From contig JAKAFS010000005.1 of the NCBI GenBank assembly GCA_021817825.1, forward strand, positions 2,679 through 66,678: a DNA stretch of 64,000 nucleotides, given 5' to 3'. Positions 9,557-19,847 of this stretch are shown here, one piece after another. The number at the start of each line of letters is the position of its first letter. The first letter of the stretch is position 1. Below the pieces are notes generated by a model. It saw only the letters and a program-made list of their open reading frames with translations, did no database searches and was not told the DNA's origin. Both the position numbers and the translations under genes were made by a program. Source of the DNA: Deltaproteobacteria bacterium (GTDB taxonomy: Bacteria; Desulfobacterota; Syntrophia; Syntrophales; UBA5619).

Positions 9557-10540
9557 TCATGAGAGGCCCTGGACGCGTTGGAGTGCGGAACGCATGATCC
9601 TGTCGATCAGTTCCCGGTAGGGCATCCCGGCGAGAGCGCAGAGGATCGGCAAATCGGAATGGTCCGGCCGGATGCCGGCCAGGGGATTGACTTCGATAAA
9701 ATTCGGTATCCCTGCGGCATCGGCGCGCAGGTCGATCCGGCCGCCGTCGCGACAGCCGAGGCCCCGCCAGGCGGCAAGCGCGATTGCTTCCGCCTCTTTC
9801 GCCATGGCGTCCGTGGCGAGGCGGTACTCGATGCGCCCGTGCCAGTCTTCCTTGTTGAGGTAGGAGTACCCCCCTTTTTCGGCCTTCTCGGTCAGATGCA
9901 CCTCCAGCACCCCCGGGGCGAATGCCGTATCGCCGGTCCCGATGATCCCGACGGTGAATTCGCGTCCCGGCAGGTAGGTCTCGACCAGAACGGGCTGGCG
10001 GAAGGTTTCGAGGAGCAAAAGGCAGACGCGCTCCAGTTCCGCCCGGTCGGCGATTTGCGAAGCGGCGGTGACCCCCTTCCCCGTCCCTTCGGCCACCGGC
10101 TTGGCAAAGAGCGGATAGGGAAGATCGACGGCGGCGATCTGGTCTGCGGACTCGATAACGGCAAAGGCGGGCGTCGGAATGCCGAGGTCGCGGATCACCC
10201 GTTTGGTCAGCCCTTTATGGAGGGTGAGCGCCAGGAGCAGCGGATCGGAAAAGGTATAGGGGATATCGTAGGCTTCCAGAAGCGCCGGCACCTGCGCCTC
10301 GCGGCCGAACCCCTTTAGCCCTTCGGCGATGTTGAAGACCAGGTCCCAGCGGTCGCCTTTGACGAGCCGGGCGGTAAGCGCGCGGATGTGACCGACCCGG
10401 TCCGTCTCGTAACCGAGCTCACGCAGGGCGCTCTCGATCGCCTCGATCGTCACCGGATGATCGAATTCCGCCGTTTCCTCTTCACCGTACCCTTCGGCGA
10501 GGTAATCGTCCCGAAGATCGTAGGTCATGCCGATTTTCAC
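9557..10540 (-). CDS. ATP-grasp ligase, D-alanine--D-alanine ligase family (paralogue A)
   Basis: 327 aa. ATP-grasp signatures are present (DIPYTFSD, LPGREFTVGIIG, GRIDLRADAAGIPNFIEVNPLAG). Confidence 0.8.
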   Translation of the reverse strand: MKIGMTYDLRDDYLAEGYGEEETAEFDHPVTIEAIESALRELGYETDRVGHIRALTARLVKGDRWDLVFNIAEGLKGFGREAQVPALLEAYDIPYTFSDPLLLALTLHKGLTKRVIRDLGIPTPAFAVIESADQIAAVDLPYPLFAKPVAEGTGKGVTAASQIADRAELERVCLLLLETFRQPVLVETYLPGREFTVGIIGTGDTAFAPGVLEVHLTEKAEKGGYSYLNKEDWHGRIEYRLATDAMAKEAEAIALAAWRGLGCRDGGRIDLRADAAGIPNFIEVNPLAGIRPDHSDLPILCALAGMPYRELIDRIMRSALQRVQGLS

Positions 10541-10613
10541 AGGAATCCTTTAAAAAGCGGGGACAACGCCCGACTCGCCGAGGTCAAGAAATCGGGCGCC
10601 ATCCCTTGGGCAA

Positions 10614-11921
10614 TCAATGAATGACGCTTTCCCTGGCGGGAGCGTCGGGATAACGAAAAACCCGTCCCTCGTAATTCCGGAGCAACAGGTCGCCGTCTTC
10701 CCGTCCTTCGGCGTATTCGGGCAACAGCGGGATTTTCCCGCCGCCGCCCGGCGCGTCGATGACGTAGGTTGGGACCGCATAGCCCGTGGTGAATCCTCTC
10801 AACCCGCGGATGATTTCCAGTCCCTTGGCGACGGGGGTCCGAAAATGGGAAGAGCCGGGGATCGGATCGCACTGGTAGAGATAGTAAGGCTTGACGCGGA
10901 TCATGAGCAGGCCCTGGACGAGACGGCGCATGGTTTCCACATCGTCGTTGATGCCGGCCAGGAGGACCGTCTGGCTTCCCAGGGGAATTCCGGCGTCGGC
11001 CAGCCGCGTGCAAGCCCGGGCCGTTTCCGCCGTCAACTCGTCCGGATGGGCCGCATGGATGCTGATCCAAAGCGGATGGTAGCGCTTGAGCATCTTCACC
11101 AGGGCCGGGGTGATCCGCTGGGGAAGAACGATCGGCACTTTCGTCCCGATCCGGATCAGCTGTACATGGGGAATCTGCCTCAGACGCAGCAGCAGCCATT
11201 CGAGCTGTTCGTCGGCCAGGGTGAGCGGATCTCCGCCGGAAAGGAGGACATCCCTCACCTCGGGATGCGCTGCGATGTAGGCAAGGCCCCGTTCCCACTG
11301 ATCGGTGTTCAGGCAATGGTTTCCCTGATGGCCGACCATCCGCGAGCGGGTGCAGTACCGGCAATAGGTCGAACAGTTCCCCGTCACCAGAAACAAGAGA
11401 CGATCGGGATAACGGTGGACGATTCCCGGAACCGGGCTGTCCTGTTCCTCATGGAGAGGGTCGTCCGCCTCGCCGCTGCTGCGGAATTGCTCGTGGACCG
11501 TCGGCACGACGGTCCGGCGCAACGCCTGCTTGGGATTCCAAGGGTCGAGGAGACTGGCATAGTAGGGGGTGATGGCCAAAGGAAGAGAGCTGGCCTGACC
11601 GCTCATGGCGTGGCGCTCATCTTCCGAAAGACGGAGCATCGCTCCCAGCGTCTCCACATCGCGGATGCGGTTGCGAAGCTGCCAGTGCCAATCCTGCCAT
11701 TCCTTGGGTGTGGCGTTCGGAAAGAAACGTTTCCGGAAGGCCCGTGACCGGCTGTCATTCAAGGGGACAGGCTTGAATACCGACCGGGTGGTCGGAACCG
11801 CGACGGGTGTGCAAAGGGTACTCAGGGACGTATTGAAATCATGGTGTTGGGTTGGACCGACAATGCCGGTCAATCTACCTGGAGGCTCCGCCTCCTCCAC
11901 AAAAAGCGTTTCGCTTTCCAT
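10614..11921 (-). CDS. kamA: KamA-family radical SAM enzyme, lysine 2,3-aminomutase-like
   Basis: It has the CSTYCRYCTRS radical-SAM cluster motif, the W.DWHWQLRNRI N-terminal motif, and the YQCD and DAPGGGGK motifs. The start was moved to MESETLF (11921), which follows a GGAGGA RBS. Confidence 0.9.
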   Translation of the reverse strand: MESETLFVEEAEPPGRLTGIVGPTQHHDFNTSLSTLCTPVAVPTTRSVFKPVPLNDSRSRAFRKRFFPNATPKEWQDWHWQLRNRIRDVETLGAMLRLSEDERHAMSGQASSLPLAITPYYASLLDPWNPKQALRRTVVPTVHEQFRSSGEADDPLHEEQDSPVPGIVHRYPDRLLFLVTGNCSTYCRYCTRSRMVGHQGNHCLNTDQWERGLAYIAAHPEVRDVLLSGGDPLTLADEQLEWLLLRLRQIPHVQLIRIGTKVPIVLPQRITPALVKMLKRYHPLWISIHAAHPDELTAETARACTRLADAGIPLGSQTVLLAGINDDVETMRRLVQGLLMIRVKPYYLYQCDPIPGSSHFRTPVAKGLEIIRGLRGFTTGYAVPTYVIDAPGGGGKIPLLPEYAEGREDGDLLLRNYEGRVFRYPDAPARESVIH

Positions 11922-12133
11922 CCTTATCCTTCCTCCTTTATCCATAAACGTCAAAAAGAGAGGACGACGCCTCTCTTTTCATAGGAACCCTGCTTTTGTT
12001 GTGACCCCTGTATTTTGTATGCGAATGTCACGCTATCCTCAATTTGCATGGATTTGTCCGTCGCTTTACTCTTTTTGAAATAGGCTGTCAACCAATAATT
12101 TCGCATATCCGTCCTAAGCCGTAACCTTGAAAT

Positions 12134-12379
12134 TTACTTTACAATATAGCGCGTAATGGTGATGCTCATCCGGCCTTTTTCGTCATTGTCCAAAGTGCCC
12201 GTCGCCTCCACCTGTCGCTGAAGACAAGCGAGCAGTTCCTTTCCTTTCCGATTCTTCGCGATTCGGTATTCCTTTTCATCGGCCGTCGCCAGGGCCGCGG
12301 CGACCACTTCCTGGTCCTGCCAGTCCGTCGGGATGACGATTCCCGTCAGTGTGGCGGTCCGTGATTTCTTGAGAGCCAT
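12134..12379 (-). CDS. Hypothetical small protein (81 aa)
   Basis: The ORF has coding-like GC3 and no competing ORF. I recognise no family. Confidence 0.5.
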   Translation of the reverse strand: MALKKSRTATLTGIVIPTDWQDQEVVAAALATADEKEYRIAKNRKGKELLACLQRQVEATGTLDNDEKGRMSITITRYIVK

Positions 12380-12781
12380 AACTCACCTTCCTTGGGGAAG
12401 AAGATAAGGAAGAACCGTGCCAAGGTCCAGAACGCAGAGGACTTCAGTTTGGGGAGCCTGCGCAGACAGGCTTTGGGGAGGCATCTCCCTCTGGACCGAA
12501 AGCGGTCTGTAATAGGATATTTCAATTCCTGTACCGAGAAAAATTGCCCTCCGATGGACTTGAAAATGACGATTACTGATTTTATATTATTGATAATAAT
12601 CATAAAATATTTATTAGGAAGCAATGATTCCGATCTTTTAAAAACAGGAATTAATGGTTCCTGATTGAGGGCGAACCGTGAGGATCGGTGGTCAAAAAGG
12701 TCTGGACACCCAATACGCTGATTCCCATTGACAAGGCCGGTCTTGCATGCCAAAGAAGTCTTAAATTCGAAAGGATAAGAA

Positions 12782-13618
12782 ATGCCGGAACTTCCCGAAG
12801 TCGAGACCCTCTGCCGACAATTGAACACCCTTCTGCCCGGCCAACAGATCCTTGCTATCGAGATCCTCGATCCTCGCCTGGGGACTGCGGCTGGTTTGGC
12901 GGGCAGGACAATAGAGGCGGTGTCCCGGCAGGGGAAATATATCAAGATCGGAGCAGGGGCAACCACTCCTGGTTGCAAGCCCGGCCGCGAAAAACGCCGC
13001 CGTACCGAAGCGGGTGGCCCTTTGAACCTGTTGCTTCACCTGCGGATGACCGGCCGCCTTTTCTGGCAGCGGGATGAAGCTCCCCTTCCCCCTTACACGC
13101 GGATGATCTTTTCTTTTTCCGGCGGCCGGCTGCTGTTGATCGATCCGCGCCGGTTCGCCACCTTTTCCCCGGGGACGGCAGAGGCTGCCCCGGCGCCTCT
13201 GGCCAACCCCTTGGAGGAGTTTCCGGCGCGCCGCCTTCGGGAGATCGCCGGCGACAGGCGACTGCCCGTGAAGGCCTTCCTTATGGACCAGCGTTTTATC
13301 GCCGGCATCGGGAACATCTATGCCTGCGAGATCCTGCACAAGGCCGGGATCGATCCCCGGCGGCCGGCGGGCAGCCTGAAGCTGGCCGAATGGCGAAAGG
13401 TGGAGAAGTCTGCCGGCGTCGTTCTTCCCAGGGCAGTGGCCTGCCGGGGAACGTCGATTTCGGACTGGCGGGATCTTTTCGGCATGAGCGGGACAAACCA
13501 GGACCACCTCGAGGTTTACGGACGGGAGGGCGAGCCCTGCTCGCACTGCGGCGCTCCGATCGAACGGATGAAGATGAGCGGCCGCGGGACCTGGTTTTGC
13601 CCTTCCTGCCAGGAATAA
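12782..13618 (+). CDS. mutM: Formamidopyrimidine-DNA glycosylase (Fpg/MutM)
   Basis: It has the MPELPEVE catalytic N-terminus, the H2TH region (GIGNIYACEILHKAGI) and a C-terminal zinc finger (CSHCGAPI...FCPSCQ). Confidence 0.88.
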   Translation: MPELPEVETLCRQLNTLLPGQQILAIEILDPRLGTAAGLAGRTIEAVSRQGKYIKIGAGATTPGCKPGREKRRRTEAGGPLNLLLHLRMTGRLFWQRDEAPLPPYTRMIFSFSGGRLLLIDPRRFATFSPGTAEAAPAPLANPLEEFPARRLREIAGDRRLPVKAFLMDQRFIAGIGNIYACEILHKAGIDPRRPAGSLKLAEWRKVEKSAGVVLPRAVACRGTSISDWRDLFGMSGTNQDHLEVYGREGEPCSHCGAPIERMKMSGRGTWFCPSCQE

Positions 13619-13881
13619 CCGGTCGCTGTCGGTGACGGGAAGGCGAACAGGGTTACTTGCCGCAAACGCGCGTAAACGCCGCTGGAAGTGAAGATCTGTT
13701 TGACAAAGGGCGAGAATTGCGGTATCCCTCAACCAGCTTTTGGTGAAATAAATCGGGTGTTTTCAGCGGGGTAGCATGATTTTTCCGAAGATCGCGAGTT
13801 GCAATTAAGGGAAGGGTTTTGCATGCCTGCTTTTGAGGCGCATTGTCAAAGAACTTGCGAAGGCCACATGGAAAGGACGCC

Positions 13882-14982
13882 ATGAAGAAAGCACTGATTA
13901 CCGGGATCACCGGCCAGGATGGGTCATACCTTGCTGAATTTCTTCTCTGCAAAGGCTACGAAGTCCACGGAATCAAGCGTCGCACCTCGCTTTTCAACAC
14001 CGACCGGATCGACCATCTCTACCAAGACCCGCATGTGGGGAATCGCCGTTTCATCCTCCACCATGGCGACCTGACGGATTCGTCGAGCCTGATCAGGATC
14101 ATCCAGCAGGTCCGGCCGATGGAAATCTACAATCTCGCCGCTCAATCCCATGTGGCCGTTTCTTTCGAGGAACCGGAATACACGGCCAATTCCGATGCCA
14201 TCGGGACGTTGCGCATTCTCGAAGCCATCCGCATTCTCGGTATGGAAAAAGAGACCCGCTTTTATCAGGCGTCCACTTCCGAACTCTTCGGCAAGGTGCA
14301 GGAGATACCCCAGAAGGAAACCACGCCCTTTTATCCCCGGAGCCCCTATGCGGTGGCCAAGCTCTATGCCTACTGGATCACGGTGAATTACCGGGAAGCC
14401 TACGGGATGTACGCCTGCAACGGCATTCTTTTCAACCATGAATCCCCGGTGCGGGGAGAGACCTTTGTCACCCGCAAGATTACCCGGGCCCTGGCTCGAA
14501 TCAAGCTCGGTCTGCAGGAGGCGCTCTATCTGGGGAATCTCGATGCCAAGCGGGACTGGGGCCATGCCCGGGATTATGTGGAAATGCAGTGGCTCATGCT
14601 CCAGCAGGACCAACCGGAAGACTTCGTGATTGCCACGGGCGTGCAGTACAGCGTTCGTGATTTCATCAACGCGGCGGCAGACGAGTTGGGGATGAAGATT
14701 GGCTGGAAAGGCCAGGGGATTGAAGAGATCGGAATTTGGGAAAACACACCTCACCAAGGATCAGGGCAAAGCATCGTCCGCGTCGATCCCCGGTATTTTC
14801 GTCCCACAGAAGTGGAAACGCTGTTGGGCGATCCGACCAAAGCCCGCGAAAAGCTCGGCTGGGTTCCCAAGATCTCGTTCCCGGAGCTGGTGGCCGAGAT
14901 GGTGCGCGAAGACCTCAAGATCGCCGAACGGGATGAACTGGTCAAGAAAAGCGGCTATACGGTCTATTGCCATAATGAATGA
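13882..14982 (+). CDS. gmd: GDP-mannose 4,6-dehydratase
   Basis: [22 protein letters not shown], the [10 protein letters not shown] catalytic motif and full-length similarity to Gmd. The internal ATG at 13882 is preferred over the TTG at 13843. Confidence 0.92.
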   Translation: MKKALITGITGQDGSYLAEFLLCKGYEVHGIKRRTSLFNTDRIDHLYQDPHVGNRRFILHHGDLTDSSSLIRIIQQVRPMEIYNLAAQSHVAVSFEEPEYTANSDAIGTLRILEAIRILGMEKETRFYQASTSELFGKVQEIPQKETTPFYPRSPYAVAKLYAYWITVNYREAYGMYACNGILFNHESPVRGETFVTRKITRALARIKLGLQEALYLGNLDAKRDWGHARDYVEMQWLMLQQDQPEDFVIATGVQYSVRDFINAAADELGMKIGWKGQGIEEIGIWENTPHQGSGQSIVRVDPRYFRPTEVETLLGDPTKAREKLGWVPKISFPELVAEMVREDLKIAERDELVKKSGYTVYCHNE

Positions 14983-15072
14983 AAAAGAGATGCGGACTTC
15001 CTTAGCAGGGAGTTGGATTATCGCGTCCAATTACGAACCCAAGACGACCAACGGCGGTCGGTGCGCTCTTAG

Positions 15073-16029
<957 letters not shown>

Positions 16030-16102
16030 TCGGCTTGTTTTTTTCAGCGGATGAACCCATGCGGGGGTAGAAAGCGCCCTTCAGGGCGGGAGAAAATAGA
16101 CC

Positions 16103-16876
16103 ATGATGGCGATGTTCGTTCTGAAAAAAATGGTCAGCCGGCTCCTCTTCCCCCTCTCCTTGATCATGGAACTGCTGCTTCTGGGGATTTTTCTTAAGAA
16201 AAGAAGAACCCTGGTCTGCGTGATGGCCGTTGCGCTCCTCTATCTCTTTTCTTTTTCGCCTTTTGCCCATTTGATTTTACGGCCCCTGGAAAGCCGGTAC
16301 GTGCCGGTGACCGCGGCGGATCTGAATAGGGAGGTGAAATGGATCGTCGTTTTGAGTGGCGGTTCCCGGGCTGACAAAGGTCTGACTCCCGAAGACCGTT
16401 TGGGCGCGGCGACTTTGAAGCGTCTGCTGGAAGGGGTGCGGTTGAGCCGTCTGCTTCCCCAGGCACGGCTCATTCTTTCCGGCGGGGATTACCGGGGAAT
16501 GGCTCCGGATGCCCTTTTTATGCGGCAGGTGGCTCTCGATCTGGGCGTGCCGCGGGAGAGGATTCTGGTGGAAAGCGCTTCCTGGGATACGGCGGATCAA
16601 GCCGCCTTCCTGAAAGGTCGTCTGGGGCGGAATGCTTTCTACCTGGTCACCTCCGCCAGCCATATGCCGCGGTCGATGCGGATCTTTACCCGCTCGGGCG
16701 TCCGACCGATTGCGGCCCCGACGGATTATCAGGCAGTTTCCGCCGGGTCCTTGGCGGCCATGGACTTTGTTCCCGCTGCCGATGCCCTCGCCAATACGGA
16801 GACGGCCTTTTACGAATACCTGGGGATTGCCTGGGAGTCCCTCAAAGCTATTTCAACTTTTCTTCCACCGATTTGA
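16103..16876 (+). CDS. YdcF/ElyC-family (DUF218) envelope protein
   Basis: N-terminal TM segments are followed by a DUF218 core (IVVLSGG...LILSGG...TSASHMPRS). Confidence 0.8.
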   Translation: MMAMFVLKKMVSRLLFPLSLIMELLLLGIFLKKRRTLVCVMAVALLYLFSFSPFAHLILRPLESRYVPVTAADLNREVKWIVVLSGGSRADKGLTPEDRLGAATLKRLLEGVRLSRLLPQARLILSGGDYRGMAPDALFMRQVALDLGVPRERILVESASWDTADQAAFLKGRLGRNAFYLVTSASHMPRSMRIFTRSGVRPIAAPTDYQAVSAGSLAAMDFVPAADALANTETAFYEYLGIAWESLKAISTFLPPI

Positions 16877-17144
16877 TTTTCCCCTCGATGCGGTTCTCCG
16901 CCCCTTTCCGGTAGTCCATCTGGAGCGTCATGTAGATCCGGTCGCAATCCTTCTGTAGTTCCCCAAAGCACCGCTCCACCACCGCCATGACCGCTGCCCA
17001 TTCCCCTTCGACGGCCGTGCTCATGGGGCCCAACTGGTAGGGGAGCCCGCTTTTCCGGATGATCCGGAGTGCCCGGGCCACATAGGGGCTGACGCTCGTT
17101 CCCTTGTCGGTGGGGAAGATGGAAAAGTGAATCAGTACACTCAT
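16848..17144 (-). CDS. MTH1187/YkoF-family (DUF77) thiamine-binding-like protein
   Basis: 98 aa. The MSVLIHFSIFPTDKG...YQLGPMSTAVEGEW pattern is typical of the family. Its 3' end overlaps the convergent ydcF-like gene by 29 nt. Confidence 0.8.
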   Translation of the reverse strand: MSVLIHFSIFPTDKGTSVSPYVARALRIIRKSGLPYQLGPMSTAVEGEWAAVMAVVERCFGELQKDCDRIYMTLQMDYRKGAENRIEGKIKSVEEKLK

Positions 17145-17236
17145 GGTTCCTCCGTTTTCCTTTCCATAATCCGGTCGCTGTTTCCGTCCTTATCGGGACT
17201 TTCGATCTAAACGTGATAGGTCGATATTCCGGCCGC

Positions 17237-17821
17237 TCACTTTTTCAGCGCCGCGTCGATCAGCCCCTCCACGTTGCGGCATTCGCTACAGACGATCATG
17301 CCGTTTTTATCGACCAGGACCAGCGATGGGACCCCCCGGACCTCGTAGATGCCGGCTGCGATGCCCTCTTCGTCGAGCAAGACCCGGTAGGGAAGGCGGT
17401 TGTCGGCGGCGAATTTGGCGACCTTGGCTTTGGACTCCTGGATGTCGATATTGACGATCTCCAGTCCCTGCTTCGCATAAGTGGAATGGAAGGCCTTGAA
17501 GTGGGGAATCTCGGACTTGCAGAAGGCGCACCAGGTCGTACTGAAGATGATCAGGACCGGTTGTTTTCCCCGATAGTCGCTGAGGCGAAATTTTTGGCCT
17601 TTAAGATCCCTGAGGACAAAATCGGGGGCCTTTTCCTGAGGGGCTGCCGGCGCCGACGGTGCGACTTGCTGGGTTTTGACCGACTGGGCGGGTTTGGCGC
17701 CCGAGGCGGGAACGCCGGCAGGCAGCAAGAGCAGACAGACGGTCAGTGCCGCCGTAATGAGGGCGCTTCCTCTGGTGCAAAAAGAAGGCAGCGGGCTTTT
17801 GCGATTCAGCGGATAAAACAT
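17237..17821 (-). CDS. TlpA/ResA-like periplasmic thiol:disulfide oxidoreductase
   Basis: Signal peptide plus a thioredoxin fold with a WCAFC active site. Confidence 0.85.
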   Translation of the reverse strand: MFYPLNRKSPLPSFCTRGSALITAALTVCLLLLPAGVPASGAKPAQSVKTQQVAPSAPAAPQEKAPDFVLRDLKGQKFRLSDYRGKQPVLIIFSTTWCAFCKSEIPHFKAFHSTYAKQGLEIVNIDIQESKAKVAKFAADNRLPYRVLLDEEGIAAGIYEVRGVPSLVLVDKNGMIVCSECRNVEGLIDAALKK

Positions 17822-17831
17822 TTTTTCTCCT

Positions 17832-18566
17832 TTAAAACCAGAGCATTCCTGCGTTGATCAGAAAATACTCCCCCGTTCCGAGGAGTATCCAGCCGAACAG
17901 CCGGCTGATCCGGACCATCCAGGGGCCGGATCGGGGGATGCCGGCCAGCAGGCCGGCGAAGGTGCCCAGGAGGATGAGGAGGGTTCCCATCCCCAGGGCA
18001 AAAACGAACATCAGACTGGAGGCGAACAAGACGTTGTCCCTGGTCGCTGCATAACCGAGAACCACCGCCAGGGCCGGCGCCGTGCAGGGTCCCATCACAA
18101 ATCCCGAGGCTGCCCCGACGAGGAAGCTGCCGAGCATCCCTTTGGCCCTGCTTTCCCGCTGGGTCCTGGCCACGCAGGAGGGGGTGCGGATGGAGAGCGT
18201 GAAGACCCCCAGCATGGAAAGCCCCATGAGCAGGCAAAGATTTCCGATCAGGAAATAGGTCCAGGGGTTGGTCTGGATCTGACCGAAGAGCTTTCCGGAC
18301 AAGGCGGCGACGGCCCCGAGCACCGTGTAGGTCACGGCCATGCCCAGAACGTAGATCAGCGAAAGGAGAAAGGCGCGGCGACGGGAGACGCTGCCGTGGG
18401 CGCCGATGAAGGAGACGGTGATCGGAATCGCCGGGTAGATGCAGGGGGTGAAGCTGATCAGGATCCCGCCGAGATAGACGGCCAGATAGGCGAGGAAAAA
18501 GGATCCCTGTAGGTAGGCGGACAGACCGTTGACGAAATTCTCGATCAATGCAATACCAGCTGTCAA
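17832..18566 (-). CDS. ccdA: Cytochrome c biogenesis protein CcdA (DsbD-like transmembrane electron conduit)
   Basis: Polytopic membrane protein with FTPCIYP and GPCTAP conserved Cys motifs. It lies upstream of the TlpA-like gene. Confidence 0.85.
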   Translation of the reverse strand: MTAGIALIENFVNGLSAYLQGSFFLAYLAVYLGGILISFTPCIYPAIPITVSFIGAHGSVSRRRAFLLSLIYVLGMAVTYTVLGAVAALSGKLFGQIQTNPWTYFLIGNLCLLMGLSMLGVFTLSIRTPSCVARTQRESRAKGMLGSFLVGAASGFVMGPCTAPALAVVLGYAATRDNVLFASSLMFVFALGMGTLLILLGTFAGLLAGIPRSGPWMVRISRLFGWILLGTGEYFLINAGMLWF

Positions 18567-19004
18567 TTATCAATTACCAGTGATCATGAGCCATGGCCGA
18601 CGCGTCGCTGGCGAAGCGGAGTCCGGCCGTCCATCCTTTTTCGGTCGCGGTGCACAGCACGGCAACCGTTCATCCATTAACATAAAGACTCGGAAAGGTA
18701 AAATCTTTCTCCCCTTTTCTGCCGACAGGAAGGTCCTGTCGATCACCCTGCGAAGCGGGAATGTCATCAGGAAGGCTGCGAAGGTCTCTCTGTCGTTTTC
18801 GGTCCTTTTCTGCTATAAGCACGCTCGCGGCTGCCTGCCGGGCGCCCTGAGAATCGGATGCCGGCGCCAGCGCGATCCTGTCAATCCTTTCTTTGTATCC
18901 AGCTTAAATCACAGGAAAAGGGTTGCAGGATTTCGAGAAGTGATCCAAGATAGCCCTCTTTCTGTGGCAAGAGAAGGATGGGCCGTTAGGGCCGGGAAGC
19001 GAAG

Positions 19005-19742
19005 ATGAAAAAAGATGCGAATCTGATGCCCGTTCAGGTTTCGGGCGCAAAAGAACCGAACCGCTGCCTTTCCTGCGGGACCACGGAGCATATCGGCCGG
19101 AGGCGGTACTGCTCCATCGACTGCCGCCAGAAGCTCAAGCAACGGCTCGATATGCGCTGCGGCCTCCTCCAGGCGCTGAACACCCGCTACGCCACCTTTT
19201 ACTTCTCCGACCTGCTGATCGTCATGGACATCCTGCCTTCGGGATACAAGGAGATCCACAGCTTCTATTATCCCCGGACGCCGGGCAGCTCTCCGGGCGA
19301 GGATTTCAGCCGCATGGCCGACATCCTGGGCGAGACCTGGTGGGCCGAACAGCGGCGGACGAAAAAACGGTACTTTGCCTCCCTCCATGTCCTGAATCTC
19401 GCAGTCCGCAACCACGTGCCGGCGCAACTGGTCAAACCGCCGATCATCCACACGCCGACCGTCGCGCCCGCTTCGTTGATCTATCTGAATCTGGAGAGGT
19501 CCAACCTGGATTCGCCCGAGCTGGGGAAGATCATCAAGAACGCCTACCGGCGGCAGGTCAAGATCCACCATCCCGACCTCGGCGGCGATGCGCGGATGTT
19601 CCGGAAGATCCACCAGGCCTACGAAGACCTGATCCGCTGGGCCGAGAATCCGAACTTCATCCGTCATCGCGGCTTTCCGGACAAGTGGTTCTATCAAGGG
19701 GACAAGGACCGCTGGATCCAGCCGACGCCGCTCTATAAATAG
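19005..19742 (+). CDS. J-domain (DnaJ-like) protein with N-terminal Cys4 motif
   Basis: C-terminal J-domain with an HPD motif (YRRQVKIHHPDLGGDARMFRKIHQAYEDL). N-terminal CLSCG...CSIDC motif. Confidence 0.7.
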   Translation: MKKDANLMPVQVSGAKEPNRCLSCGTTEHIGRRRYCSIDCRQKLKQRLDMRCGLLQALNTRYATFYFSDLLIVMDILPSGYKEIHSFYYPRTPGSSPGEDFSRMADILGETWWAEQRRTKKRYFASLHVLNLAVRNHVPAQLVKPPIIHTPTVAPASLIYLNLERSNLDSPELGKIIKNAYRRQVKIHHPDLGGDARMFRKIHQAYEDLIRWAENPNFIRHRGFPDKWFYQGDKDRWIQPTPLYK

Positions 19743-19847
19743 GACGCGCGCACCTATTTATCCTTTGACGCCCCGCCGATCCCCCGTTATAATCGCAAAA
19801 AAGCATCAAGATCCTTTCGAAATTTCTGTAAACCCAGGGAGGTGGTC

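Noticed and set aside
12086-12091. Possible minus-strand sigma-70 promoter for the kamA operon (TTGACA at 12091-12086, N17, TAAAGC at 12068-12063).
   Set aside because: The -10 hexamer is weak and there are several equally plausible alternatives nearby. I did not consider it solid enough to list as a feature.
12346-12978. 210-aa minus-strand ORF spanning the AT-rich intergenic region and the 5' end of mutM.
   Set aside because: It overlaps the well-supported mutM start, has no RBS and an odd composition, and crosses an AT-rich promoter-like region. It is not credible as a gene.
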